DNA of 64,000 nucleotides from Eledone cirrhosa (lineage: Eukaryota), in contig OZ024740.1 in assembly GCA_964016885.1 (NCBI GenBank), forward strand, positions 286,564,001 through 286,628,000. Direction: 5' to 3'. Positions 24,750 to 35,935 of the stretch are shown piece after piece (positions within the stretch are counted from its first letter, which is position 1; each line of letters starts with the position of its first letter). The translations under genes and the position numbers were made by a program. The notes below the pieces were generated by a model, which saw only the letters and a program-made list of their open reading frames with translations, made no database searches and had not been told where the DNA came from.

Positions 24750-27700
24750 ATCATCACCATCATCATCATCGTTTAACGTCCATGTTCCACGCTTGCATGG
24801 GTTTGGACGGGAGTTTTCCCACTTGAGGCAAGAGTGGTTGTCTTGCTCGCATAGGACTGTCTGGCGGGTTTTCTACAGCTGGATGCCCTTCCTAACACCA
24901 ACCACATTTACAGTGTGGGGCTGGGAGGTTTTTACCGTGTTGCCTACACGGCCACATTACAGCGTGGACTGTGTGTTTTTTTTTTTTTTGTCGTGACACC
25001 TACACGAACTCATTTGTTTCGGCCTGGATGTTGTGGCACCAACATAACTTTACATTGAAAGGGGCGGTGTGGATGGGGTGGGGGTGGTGGGACGGGGGTG
25101 TATTTTGTTAGAGATGCCTACTGACTGTAGTAGGTTTTACTTTGTATTTCAGGTAAGGCGGGTCTTCTCTATTACTGAGTACCGCCAAAGGTCTCGGTCC
25201 AGTGACATTGTCTTGGAGAGGTGTAAGTGTGTGAGGTCGGAATTTATCAGCTCGTCCCAGGTTTTTCTGGGTCTGCCTACTCCGTGGCTACCATCTATCT
25301 TTATTGCCCTGCACTTTGCTATACAGCTGTCGTCTTTCATGCGCATCACGTGACCATACCAACGTAGCCTTCTCTCGAGTAAACAACATCTGATCCCTCT
25401 TATTTCTAATTTTTTCCTTAGTTCGTTTATGCTTTGCCGTTCACGTATATTACTATTACACATCCAGCGGAGCATGCAAGCTTCGTTCCTCTCTAGTCTG
25501 CGTATATCCTCTGCACACAATGCCCAGGTCTCACTGCCATGCAACATTGCTGTTCGTATGCAGGCATCGTACAACCTGCCTTTCATTTTTAGGGAGAACC
25601 CTTTAGCGGCTAATAGTGGTATAAGCTCTCTGAACTTTTTCCATCCAGTTCTGACTCTAGCTACTGTACTTTCAGAGCACCCTCCCCCACTGCTGATTTT
25701 GTCACCCAGGTAACGGAAGCTGTCCACTATTTCTATAGAACCCTCTGCGCAATTGAAAGAGCTAGTATTTTGTGGGCACTTGCTGCTACTTATTGCACCA
25801 GAGCACCGGCCACATGTAAAATCTGTGTTCTTAATTAGCTTACCTGTGATCCCACTACATCTTTTATGCACCCATACTTTGCATTTGGGACATAAAATGG
25901 AGTTTCTACCTACGCCTTTCCTACACACTGAGCATGGCCATTTCCCAGATGGGACCGGCGCCTTATTTTCTTTCCTACAAACTAGAACTTTAGTCTTAGC
26001 CAGGTTAATTTTAAGGCCTTTTGATTCTAGGCCATGCTTCCATGTTTGGAATTTCTTCTCTAGCTCGGCCATTGATTCAGCTATGAGCGTTAGATCATCT
26101 GCGTATAGGAGTTCCCATGGGCAGCCGGTCTTGAACTCCTCTGTTATAGCCTGAAGGGCAATAATAAATAGTAGGGGGCTAAGAACAGAGTCCTGATGGA
26201 CACCAACTTTTACGCTAAACTCTTCACTATATTCGTTGTTAATTCTAACCTTGCTGACTGTTTCTTTATACATGGCTTGTATAGCTCTCACAAGCCATTC
26301 GTCAACACCTAGTTTTCTAAGAGCCCACCAGATAATGGAACGGGGGACTCTGTCGAAGGCTTTCTCCAAGTCGACAAAGGCTAAGTATAGGGGTTTACTT
26401 TTAGCTAGGTACTTCTCCTGTAGTTGTCGTACAATGAAAAGAGCGTCTGTGGTACTTTTGCCTGATTCAAACCCGAACTGCATTTCATCTAGATCGATTC
26501 TCTCTCTGATTACTTGCACTATTACTTTTTCCGTGACCTTCATGACCTGGTCGATTAATTTAATGCCTCTATAGTTACTCCTATCTAGGGCATCTCCTTT
26601 ACCCTTGTAACAGTTAATGATGATGCTGCTACGCCAGTCCTTCGGAACAACCCCATTCTGTATGACTTGGTTTACTATCCGGGTGACCATGGTGTGTCCC
26701 ACCGTTCCAGAGGCCTTCAGCATCTCAGCAACTATTTCCGAAGGCCCAGCCGCCTTACCCGTCTTCATATCTTTGATTGCCTTACTTATTATACTACCTT
26801 CAACTAACACTGCTGGTCCCTCTATTGGATCGATCTGGGGGAGACTATCCTTCTCCCATTTATTCTCCTCATTTAGTAGCCTCTCGTAGTGACACTTCCA
26901 AGCGACCTTCTTATCAGCGTCAGTGATGGCGAGTACGCCATCATTATTTAGTACACACTTCTCCCCAACAATATCACGGTTTTCCTTGACACATTGCCTA
27001 GCAATCCTGAACACCTCACGTTTTTGGTCCTCGCGTTGTAGAACATGCTTGAACTTTCTTTCCTCTGCTTCCCTTCTTGTGAAGTACACTTGTCTCCTAG
27101 CTTCCCTCCTGGCCACTTGATAGTCTTCTCTACTTCCCCCATCCCGCCATACTTTCCAAGCCTGCTTTTTGGCCTTAATCGACTCCTCCACCTTATTGTT
27201 CCACCACCATGTTACTCTCCTCCTGCCTATAGGCCTGCTCCGGCCACAGACTTCGTCTGCCGCCATCAGCAGGTTTGCTTTCAGGAATTCCCACTGTTCC
27301 TCTATATTGTACGACTCTAAATGCTCTTCCTTACTGTCGAAAGCATCAAGTAATATGCTTTGAAATTTATTTCTGGCTGTGGGGTCCTTTAGCTTCCATA
27401 TTTTTCTCCTGAGGATAGTCCTCTTCTGCTGTCGAGTACGTCTCGTCCTGACTATGAGGTCGCTAATTATCAGTCTATGTTGGGAGGTGCATTCTTCATG
27501 GGGGAGGGATTTAGTGTTTACAACAGTCACTCTGTCACGTCTTCTGGTAAGGATATAATCTACCTGGCTGGTATGTTCCCCTGATCTGTAGGTGATCAAG
27601 TGATTGTCTCGTTTTTTGAAGTTAGTGTTACAGATTGTTAGGTTATTTGCGTCACAGAATTCCAGGATTCTGGAGCCTTCCTCATTTCTAGTACCAAACC

Positions 27701-28486
27701 CATAGCCTCCATGGATTCCATCATAGCCGTCACAATGTTGTCCAACGTGACCATTTAGGTCGCCAGCAATAATTATATAGTCACTGTCGGTTATTTGGGA
27801 GGCAGTGAGCATCAGTGTCTCATAGAAAGTGTCTTTTATAGCGCCAGGCAGTCCAGATTGGGGCGCATATGCAGATATTATCGTCACAGTAGTTCTATTT
27901 AGAACAAGTCTTATTTTAATTATTCTGTCGTTTACTCTATTTACGTCTATTATCTTATCCGCCCATTTTTCTGCTAACATGATTCCTACCCCACCCAGCC
28001 CATTGTCATTTCCCACCCAGAAAAGCTTATAGCATCGTTTTTTACCCACAATGAATCTAGCAGACCCGCCCCTCCACCTGGTCTCTTGGATGCAGCAGAC
28101 ATCAACCTCCTTACGTTCAAGCATTTCTACAACCTCGTTTGAGCGGCCTTTTAAGGTCCCTACATTGATGGTACCAACTCTGAAGTTTTGGATTGCGTTT
28201 GGTGGGTGGGATGCAGGGAGGGGTGAGGTTGATGGGGTTGGGGTTATGTTGGCCATCCGCGGCCGCAACAAAGAGGGTGTAGCTCTGCCCTTTCGTCCGG
28301 CAGCATGAGGTGAATTTGTCGTTATCTTTTGCATTGTCTTCGGGTGTCCAGATTCTTCTGACTCTCCAGAAATTCCCTAGTTCATCCATCATATCGAAAA
28401 AGCAACCAGAAGTGCTAGCATAGGTCGTTTACTTGTGATTGGTCCAAATAATAAGGTGGAGAGTGGGGGCGGGGTATGGAGTAGTT
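24750..28486 (-). mobile_element. Apparently full-length RTE-clade LINE (5'UTR, single ORF, ~400-nt 3'UTR, (GAT)n tail)
   Basis: Intact ORF, and a 3'UTR shared with the copy at 1251-1680. The 5' boundary is inferred from the composition change and the adjacent 71-bp duplication. No clear TSD seen. Confidence 0.9.
25149..28334 (-). CDS. RTE LINE polyprotein, 1061 aa: APE endonuclease, reverse transcriptase, C4HC3 PHD-type finger, C-terminal domain
   Basis: APE motifs GTINV, CCIQETRW, SAYAP, AGDLNGH, VDYIL, SQHR. RT motifs DLEKAFD and YADD. Finger C-x2-C-x10-C-x2-C-x4-H-x2-C-x14-C-x2-C at about 25803-25934. Confidence 0.96.
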   Translation of the reverse strand: MQKITTNSPHAAGRKGRATPSLLRPRMANITPTPSTSPLPASHPPNAIQNFRVGTINVGTLKGRSNEVVEMLERKEVDVCCIQETRWRGGSARFIVGKKRCYKLFWVGNDNGLGGVGIMLAEKWADKIIDVNRVNDRIIKIRLVLNRTTVTIISAYAPQSGLPGAIKDTFYETLMLTASQITDSDYIIIAGDLNGHVGQHCDGYDGIHGGYGFGTRNEEGSRILEFCDANNLTICNTNFKKRDNHLITYRSGEHTSQVDYILTRRRDRVTVVNTKSLPHEECTSQHRLIISDLIVRTRRTRQQKRTILRRKIWKLKDPTARNKFQSILLDAFDSKEEHLESYNIEEQWEFLKANLLMAADEVCGRSRPIGRRRVTWWWNNKVEESIKAKKQAWKVWRDGGSREDYQVARREARRQVYFTRREAEERKFKHVLQREDQKREVFRIARQCVKENRDIVGEKCVLNNDGVLAITDADKKVAWKCHYERLLNEENKWEKDSLPQIDPIEGPAVLVEGSIISKAIKDMKTGKAAGPSEIVAEMLKASGTVGHTMVTRIVNQVIQNGVVPKDWRSSIIINCYKGKGDALDRSNYRGIKLIDQVMKVTEKVIVQVIRERIDLDEMQFGFESGKSTTDALFIVRQLQEKYLAKSKPLYLAFVDLEKAFDRVPRSIIWWALRKLGVDEWLVRAIQAMYKETVSKVRINNEYSEEFSVKVGVHQDSVLSPLLFIIALQAITEEFKTGCPWELLYADDLTLIAESMAELEKKFQTWKHGLESKGLKINLAKTKVLVCRKENKAPVPSGKWPCSVCRKGVGRNSILCPKCKVWVHKRCSGITGKLIKNTDFTCGRCSGAISSSKCPQNTSSFNCAEGSIEIVDSFRYLGDKISSGGGCSESTVARVRTGWKKFRELIPLLAAKGFSLKMKGRLYDACIRTAMLHGSETWALCAEDIRRLERNEACMLRWMCNSNIRERQSINELRKKLEIRGIRCCLLERRLRWYGHVMRMKDDSCIAKCRAIKIDGSHGVGRPRKTWDELINSDLTHLHLSKTMSLDRDLWRYSVIEKTRLT

Positions 28487-28676
28487 TGCGAGGAGCAGAA
28501 TTATTTTTAGAACAACGGTGAGACAGAACAGAATTATAGAAAGCCAATTTTGAATACAACTTTTTTTTTTTTTTTTTTATTCTGGGGGATTGTAAGATAT
28601 ATAGATGCGAGGAGCAGAATTATTTTTAGAACAACGGTGAGACAGAACAGAATTATAGAAAGCCAATTTTGAATAC
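28487..28676. repeat. Perfect 71-bp direct repeat (28487-28557 and 28606-28676)
   Basis: tgcgaggagcagaattatttttagaacaacggtgagacagaacagaattatagaaagccaattttgaatac occurs twice, separated by a 48-bp spacer containing a T-tract. Confidence 0.95.
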
Positions 28677-30069
28677 GATTTTTTGATTCTACCATCTTAA
28701 AAATTGAAGGCCACATTGGACAATACAGTCCTAGATATACCAAAAGACAGGATGGTTTTGGATGGATTGCCTTGTGATAGGTCTGCTCAATCAGGACTGA
28801 CCTGAGGCTAAACAACAATAATAAAAAGAACAGGAAGCCAACACTATTCATGTTACTTAAACCCTAATCTAATGTGTTTTACATTCAGCTTGGTCAGTTT
28901 TGCTCATGCAGAGGCAAACTGGGATAGCACTAACTGATCACTCTTGAACATTCACTTGGGTAACAACAGAATATACTTATATTCAAGCACAATGTTATTG
29001 CAAGTCTTCGTGATTGAGCTGATGCAGGTACTGTGTCTAAAGATAAAAAGACATACTTCTTGTCACTGGAAATATTGAGAAATATGTAAACATTGTTATT
29101 TTCAGATGCAATACTTATGTTACATTTGGATAGACAAAAATATATGTGCATAACTACACATGCATGAAGGCACATACACACACCTACACCACTTTGTAAT
29201 AGAAAAAAAAATACTATAGTATTTTAGTCTACTATAATTACACTAGATATTTATGTTAGTGTTATATTTTACTTCTGAATTACAAATGAAAACAATAGAT
29301 AAACTTCTGAGTTGTACTTGTTTGACAAGTTACTTGATCTGGGATCAACTATTGAAATTGAAACAATATCATTGAAGAGGCATGATAGCCATTTAATAAC
29401 ATAAAATATGTTACATTCACTTTTGTTTATTTCTAAATTGGATTCATTGTCATCACCATTGTTTTTATGGCTGCTTTTCCATGCTGGCATGGGCTGATTG
29501 AGACTTTTTTGAGGCAGTATTCTATGAGGGGTGGAGATACCTTTCTTGATGACAACTCTTGATTTCAAGTAAGGTACTGATCCTTGCATGCCAAACTGCT
29601 AAGTTGCAGGGCATATTGTTTATGCAGGATATAAACAAATGTCACTGTCTGCACAAGTGTTGTCAATGCTAAGAAACACCCAGGTATACAATAGAGTTCC
29701 ACACAGCTTCTATTTATTAATTTCACCAACAAGAGGTTATACCCAAGGTGCCATTAACCACACTACTATTCTTGCCCCTGTGGCATTTGACCATTTCCAC
29801 TACATCTGTTGAAAAGTCAGTTACTAGGCTCATTTTCTATTTTAATTCTTCAGTTTCCTTAATTAGATCCCTCTTTAAGAATGGGAGTGGTTAATATCTC
29901 TTATGTGTGTCAGTTTGATATGTAAAATAATTCTTTTATGATCTTGCCTACTGTCGATTCCTGTGTAAATGATCTTTTATTTGTTGCTTTCATTGTTTTT
30001 CTTCTCTTCACTCCCACTTCCTCCTTCCTTCCAAATTGCTATGTGTTTAATCATTCATTTACTTATTGA

Positions 30070-30712
30070 AGTGGTAGACTGGCAGAATCATTTGAAAAAT
30101 TGCCCCCCCTCCCTCAGTGTACATTCTGACTTCAGATTCACTGAGATTTTACTTCACCTTTCATCCCTACGGGGTTGATAAAATAAAGTACCAGTTACAT
30201 ACTGGGGTCAATTAATCAACTGCCCCCCCCCCCCCCCAAGATTGTTGGCTTTTTGCCGCCTAAATTTGCCTTTCATCCTTACAGGGTCGATAAAATAAAG
30301 TACCAGTAATGCACTGGGTAATTGCTGGCCTTGTGCCAAAAAGTAGAAACAATTATTATTATTGACAACATGCTTTATGGTATATAGTTGCAACTCTTTG
30401 TGTTCTGAGTTCAAATCGTGCCATGGTTAGTTTTGCCTTTCGTCCTTACGGGGTTGGTAAGATAAAGTACCAGTTACATACTGGGGTCAATTTAATTGAC
30501 ATACCTTCCAAAAAAGAATTGTTGGCCTTGTGTCTAAATCAGAAACCGCCCCATGCTTTGCAGCAAAGAGTTACGGCTCTTTATAGTCTGAGTTCAAATC
30601 CTGCCGAGGTTAACTTTGCCTTTCATCCTTATGGGGTCGATAAAATAAAGTACCAGTAATGCACTGGGATAATTGCTGGCCTTGTGCCAAAAGTAGAAAC
30701 AATTATTATTAT
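30070..30712 (+). mobile_element. Cluster of four head-to-tail SINE family 1 copies (long-tail and short-tail subfamilies)
   Basis: The motif cctttcRtccttaYggggtYgRtaaRataaagtaccag recurs at about 30157, 30269, 30436 and 30619. Confidence 0.88.
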
Positions 30713-30889
30713 TGCTATTACTGCTTTTCTTTTCTCATTATGTAGTGGAAATGTGTCAGATGCCACAGGGGCAGATATGGGGATGTGGTTAATGGTTGAC
30801 CAATGCATTGTGGGTGGAATTAATAAATAGAAGCTGTGTATTTATAATTTATCTCAAAGTATGTTTATAATATTTCTCTATAATGCTAA

Positions 30890-31200
30890 GTGAAGGCGCG
30901 TGGCTCTGTGGTTAGTGTATTCAGCTCACAATCGTAAGGTCATGAGTTGTATTCCTGATGGCACGCTGTGTCCTTGAGCAATACACTTTATTTCACATTT
31001 CTCCAGTCCACTCAACTAGCAAAAATGAGTTGTACCTGATAGCCATGTCACATTCTGTGTCACACTGAATCTCCCTGAGAACTACGTTAAGAGTATGCAT
31101 GCTTGTAGAATACCTAGCCTCTTGCATGTTAATTTCAGAAGCAGGCTGTTCGTTTGATCGGATCAATTGAAACACTCGTGGTTACCGACGGAGTACCTTC
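30890..31200 (+). mobile_element. tRNA-derived CORE-like SINE (family 2)
   Basis: Head ggcgcgtggctctgtggttag..., then CORE-like gtgtccttgagcaatacactttatttcac. Relatives at about 15650, 17690, 37540, 41130-41390 (-) and 42830-43046 (-). Confidence 0.75.
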
Positions 31201-32300
31201 CATAATCATCAATATAGTTTCCATTAGAGGTTGAACAAAAGACACTTCTCAGTTTGTCAGTTAGTAATCTGATACTTGATAATTACTTTTGAAGTGTCTG
31301 TTTTCTCTTGAATTTCAAGATTAACCATGTATTTTTTAAGATTCAGAAAATATATAAAAGTGTCATTGTCAACATCTCACTGAAAAGTTTTAGTTTGATT
31401 TCTTAGGTGTTTATTTTACCAGACATGTTTTAACAGATCCTTGTAAATTAGTGTTGCAATAATCTAAATGTGAGAAGGAAACTGTAAAAATCATTAATCT
31501 AAAAATTCATGCAAGAAAGTTTTTCATTCCTCAAAAACATGAATTTTATCTAAACATCAAATAAATTGTTGGACAGAACTCAACCTAGCCAACTATCATA
31601 TTTATATATATAAATAGTCTTGTGTATATCAATTTCACCTCACTCAGTAAATTGTGAAATTGTCTTTTTTTTTTTTATTGCACACACAGACACAGAATTA
31701 ATTTCCTTGCTTACAATTTTAATCACATCTTCAAGTTCTTTAACCCTTTAGCTGGCAGTATCTGGCCAAAATAAATATCAAAATCTCATAGATCCAATAT
31801 TATGTGAGGTAAAGCCTTTACTGCAAAAATATAATAGTAAATATAGAGTAATGTAAATGCTAAAGGATTAAGACCTAGTTTTCCACACCAAGCTTCCTTG
31901 TGTTTTATATAAGGTTGATGCTCAGCATATTTTGTAAATGTGTTTACAAAGTTAATTTCTTTACCATTCATGTTGGGTGCACCATTAGTTGTCACAGAGG
32001 TCAATATATTTATTAGACAATTTACTACTGCCTTAAATAGTTAAGTCCCTGTGGTATGCTTGGGTAATTTTACCAAATTAACCAGTTCTTCACATTTCAT
32101 TACCTCTATAAAATTGAGCTTCAATAACTCACCCATCAGATAATGTAACATCAGTGCTCTCAGCTAAACAAAAGAAAAAATATTCACATGAATCAGTACT
32201 TTTGTTAACTGTTCTGATATGCTTGGTTTCATCTTTAACCTGATCATTATCATATTTTGAATGCTTCTGACAAATAGCTCTATGACCACATCACATCAAA
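31200..32300 (-). pseudogene. Highly decayed hAT (Charlie/SPIN-like) transposase relic, interrupted by a piggyBac-type MITE at 31744-31867
   Basis: LTSVTTNGAPNMNGK...YIKHKEAWCGK resembles the hAT SITTDGAPAMxG and HCIIHQEALC motifs. The reading continues (KELEDVIKIV) past the TTAA-flanked insert. Confidence 0.7.
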
Positions 32301-34089
32301 AATTAAAGTCTTTATTCTAATGTTTTACAAATTTTCACAAAAAATCTGTTCACTAGTCAAAATACAATAAATATTTGAATTAACAAACTTGTTTTAGATA
32401 ATTTCTGCTGAATCATTTCAGGATGTTAAGAATTTAAAATTCTTCATAAAGTTATAATGGAAGGTTTTTAAATAAATATAAACACTTTAGAATAGACAGC
32501 TTTGTATCATAGAACCAGGAGTGCTTTCAAGCACTTTCGTATCAAAAGGGTTGATATTCCATCATTTACTATTTCTACTTACTTGCGAATTCTTGGAAAC
32601 CCACCAAAATGGAAAGGAGCATATTCTAGCTATGATTATTTAATATATTCCTCATCACAGAGTTTTTCCATGTTTAGCAATAATCTTTGAAATTTTGAAA
32701 TTAGCAGCAACACAGCATGTCTCCCACACCATCCTCCTGGAGATAAAAATCAAAAGAAGAAGTCACACCTTTGACAAGGACAAAATGGTTTAAGCCAGAA
32801 TTTAAGTGTTTTCACTGACCCCCCCCCCCCCCCTCCATCTTTATAGATATAAGCTTCCACTGTTTTAAACATATTACCCCATTTTATTGTATTTAAATAA
32901 AATGTGGCTTTTTCTCTTGACTTCTTTTGCTTGATTCATGCTTTATCACCTGTTTTAATCCTACTAAAGCTTTCCATATTTCATGAAAATTCTCCTTTCA
33001 TTTTAACATTTTTATTTATTTTGGAGTTGAGCTGACATTCTGAAGAAGCTGAAAGATTAAATATAATTCAAAAGTATCAAAGGTGTATAATATATTGTAT
33101 AAGACTCCATAATTTACAAACAAAAATTGATTTATTAATAATTTACATTACTATGATTCAATGTACATCAAACTGACTTCTTTGCAGCTGAAGTTATTTA
33201 GAATGGGAAAGAAAAATTAAATTGTATTGGTAAATTTTGTCAAGATTTACATGTGATGGTTATGGTCCTGGCCTCATACAAATGTAAATATTTAATAAGA
33301 AAATTCATATTAATTAATAAAGTACATGACATTTTTAAAAATGTATGAGAAAATAGACTTACAGGAGAGAAGAAAATAGATATTGGCAACAAGTCAAATT
33401 ATCTGAAGCAGTCTCTATACACTCAGATGTGAGAAATTAATCATTCCCTCCACCAGAGTGGGCTCATTACAGTGTTTGGGGAGAAACACCATGAATAATA
33501 TATAAAACCACAACAACAAATATATATACACACACATATATAAATATATATGCATAATACACACACACACATATATATATATATCATCATCATCATCCTT
33601 TAATGTCCATTTTCCATGCTAGAATGGGATAGACAAGTTGTCCCATTTGAGGCAAGTTGGGTCAGGTGACCATGTCTTACTCATATAGAACTGTTTCTAG
33701 CTAGGTTTCTACAGTTGGATACCCTTCCTAATGCCAATATATATATATATATACACACACACATACATAGCTATCTAGTTAAAAAGTTCACTGAGCAAAC
33801 ACCTGGTTTTGGGTTCAATTCCACTGCACAGTATCTTGGACAAATGTTTTCTACTCCAGCCTATATATATTAGGATTGTCTGTAAGTCAGTTCTAATTAC
33901 TTAGTTGATATTTTAATATGATATTCAATTGGATTCTTACCTTTAAGAATTAAAATTTTCAAGTGGCAATAATCCAAATTAAAATGATAAAGTGCACTCC
34001 TGAAACATAATGTAATCTCCTCTTCACAGCCCAATCTGGCAACCATCAACAAATCTCTCTCATATAACATCCTAATGTAATCATTAGAT

Positions 34090-34498
34090 AATGGTTTCTG
34101 ATTTAGGCACAAGGCCAATAATTTTGGGGAAGAGGAAAGTTGATTAAATTGACACCAGTGCATTACTGATACTTTATGTTATCAACCCTGTAAGGATGAA
34201 AAGCAAAGCTAACCATGGCAAGATTTTAACTCAGAACGTAAAGGGCCACAACTCCATGCTACAAAACATGTGATGCTCTACCGATACTGCCAAACCATCA
34301 TTAAATAATATAATTGTTTCTACTTTAGGCACAAGGCCAGCAATTACCCAGTGCATTACTGGTACTTTATTTTATCGACCCCGTAAGGATGAAAGGCAAA
34401 GTCAACCTCGGCGGGATTTGAACTCAGATCGTAAAGGGAAGTAACTATGCTGGAAAGTATGGCGTCCGATCCTCTACCGATACTGCCAATCCACCGCC
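34090..34498 (-). mobile_element. Two adjacent SINE family 1 copies (long-tail about 34090-34300; short-tail about 34310-34498)
   Basis: Family body and tRNA-like heads on the minus strand. Confidence 0.88.
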
Positions 34499-34651
34499 AT
34501 GTCTTATAAACATACACAATTCATGAACAAAAAGGATAGGATGGTTATGGCTGGAATGTCCATCATATGTCTACTTAAAGAGGGTTGATTTGGTGCTAAA
34601 CAACTACATAACTCCAAAATAATCCTGATTGAACAGACATATGATATAAGG

Positions 34652-34845
34652 CAGGCATGTCAAACATGTGGCCTCCGGGCGACATGTAGCTCTTTACAAG
34701 CACACCTGTGGCATGCACAAAGGTTTTTACAGTGCGATCATGTTTTATCTTTGAAAAATTAGTTGTAATGTGCACAATTAGTTGTTGTGTGTGGCCCTCA
34801 GGCAACACATATGTGACCCATGTGACCCTCAGTTTGACATGCCTG
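34652..34845. mobile_element. hAT-type MITE
   Basis: 14-bp terminal inverted repeats (TIRs) caggcatgtcaaac/gtttgacatgcctg, with 8-bp TSD atataagg/atctaagg. Confidence 0.9.
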
Positions 34846-35109
34846 ATCTAAGGGGTTCTAACTATGATTATTCCAACTTTTCAGACAATAATTTACCTCA
34901 GATTATATCATGCAACAATCCCCTCCACATCAATGTTTTATTTAGGAAGGAGAAAACTTAGGAGCCATATTTCTCAAGAAATCAGAATGAGAATAAAAGA
35001 AAAACCTATAGGGAATGATTCTCAGGGAGGGAGGAAAACCTGTGTCTCACGAGGCCTCAGGTGACACATGAAAACATTTTATTGACATGCAGTAAATATA
35101 TTTCGTTAC

Positions 35110-35268
35110 CATTGCCAGATTTAGGACAACTGAGGCCCTGTGCTAGTTAAGTTATGAGGCTCCAAACATTTGAAATGTGTGTGGGGGTGGCAGGAAGATA
35201 GGCCAACCCCCTGGCCAATGAGGCCCTGTGCTTAAGTTCATCTAAGCACAATGGTAAATCCAGCACTG
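35110..35268. mobile_element. hAT-type MITE (second family)
   Basis: Imperfect TIRs cattgccagattta/taaatccagcactg, 8-bp TSD ttcgttac/tttgttac, and an internal repeated tgaggccctgtgct. Confidence 0.8.
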
Positions 35269-35432
35269 TTTGTTACTGATATTATTTATTTATTTATTTT
35301 TTTAAATTTGCAACTTTTGTTTTATCAGCTGTCATCTTATGGTTTCAGTGATACATTGCTTCAAGAAAAATGAAATAAATGAAATGAAAAATATTCTTTA
35401 GCAACAAGTGTTCATCTGATTAAGGTTATAAT

Positions 35433-35935
35433 ATGGCGGTGGATTGGCAGTATCAGTAGAGCGTCAGACACAATGCTTTTTGACACAGAGTTGTGGCCCT
35501 TTACGTTCTGAGTTCAAATCCCATCGAGGTTAACTTTGCCTTTCATCCTTACAGGGTCGATAAAATAAAGCACCGGTAATGCACTGGGGTAATTACTGGC
35601 CTTGTGCCAAAAGTAGAAACAATTATTTCATAACACTATGAAATCAAAGAGACCACATTAGTATATGACACTCTAATTAGTCAACCCTTTTTATATGGCA
35701 TTGGTGAGGTGATGGTCATGGAGGGACACAGTGATCTAGTATTATTTAGGTGGATTGGCAGTATCGGTAGAGGGTCGGACACCATGCTTTGCAGCATAGT
35801 TACGTCCCTTTACGATCTGAGTTCAAATCCCGCCGAGGTTGACTTTGCCTTTCATCCTTATGGGGTCGATAAAATAAAGTACCAGTAATGTACTGGATAA
35901 TTGCTGGCCTTGTGCCTAACGTAGAAACAATTATT
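35433..35935 (+). mobile_element. Two SINE family 1 copies (35433-35627 and 35748-35935)
   Basis: Full tRNA-like heads (ggtggattggcagtatc...gagttcaaatccc) and the family body. Confidence 0.9.

Noticed and set aside
25429-28308. Series of plus-strand ORFs inside the LINE
   Set aside because: Antisense shadows of the 1061-aa RTE ORF with no recognisable motifs.
35433-35530. tRNA gene candidates (A and B boxes; also at 30895 and 48810)
   Set aside because: No complete cloverleaf, and each continues into a SINE body, so these are tRNA-derived SINE heads.
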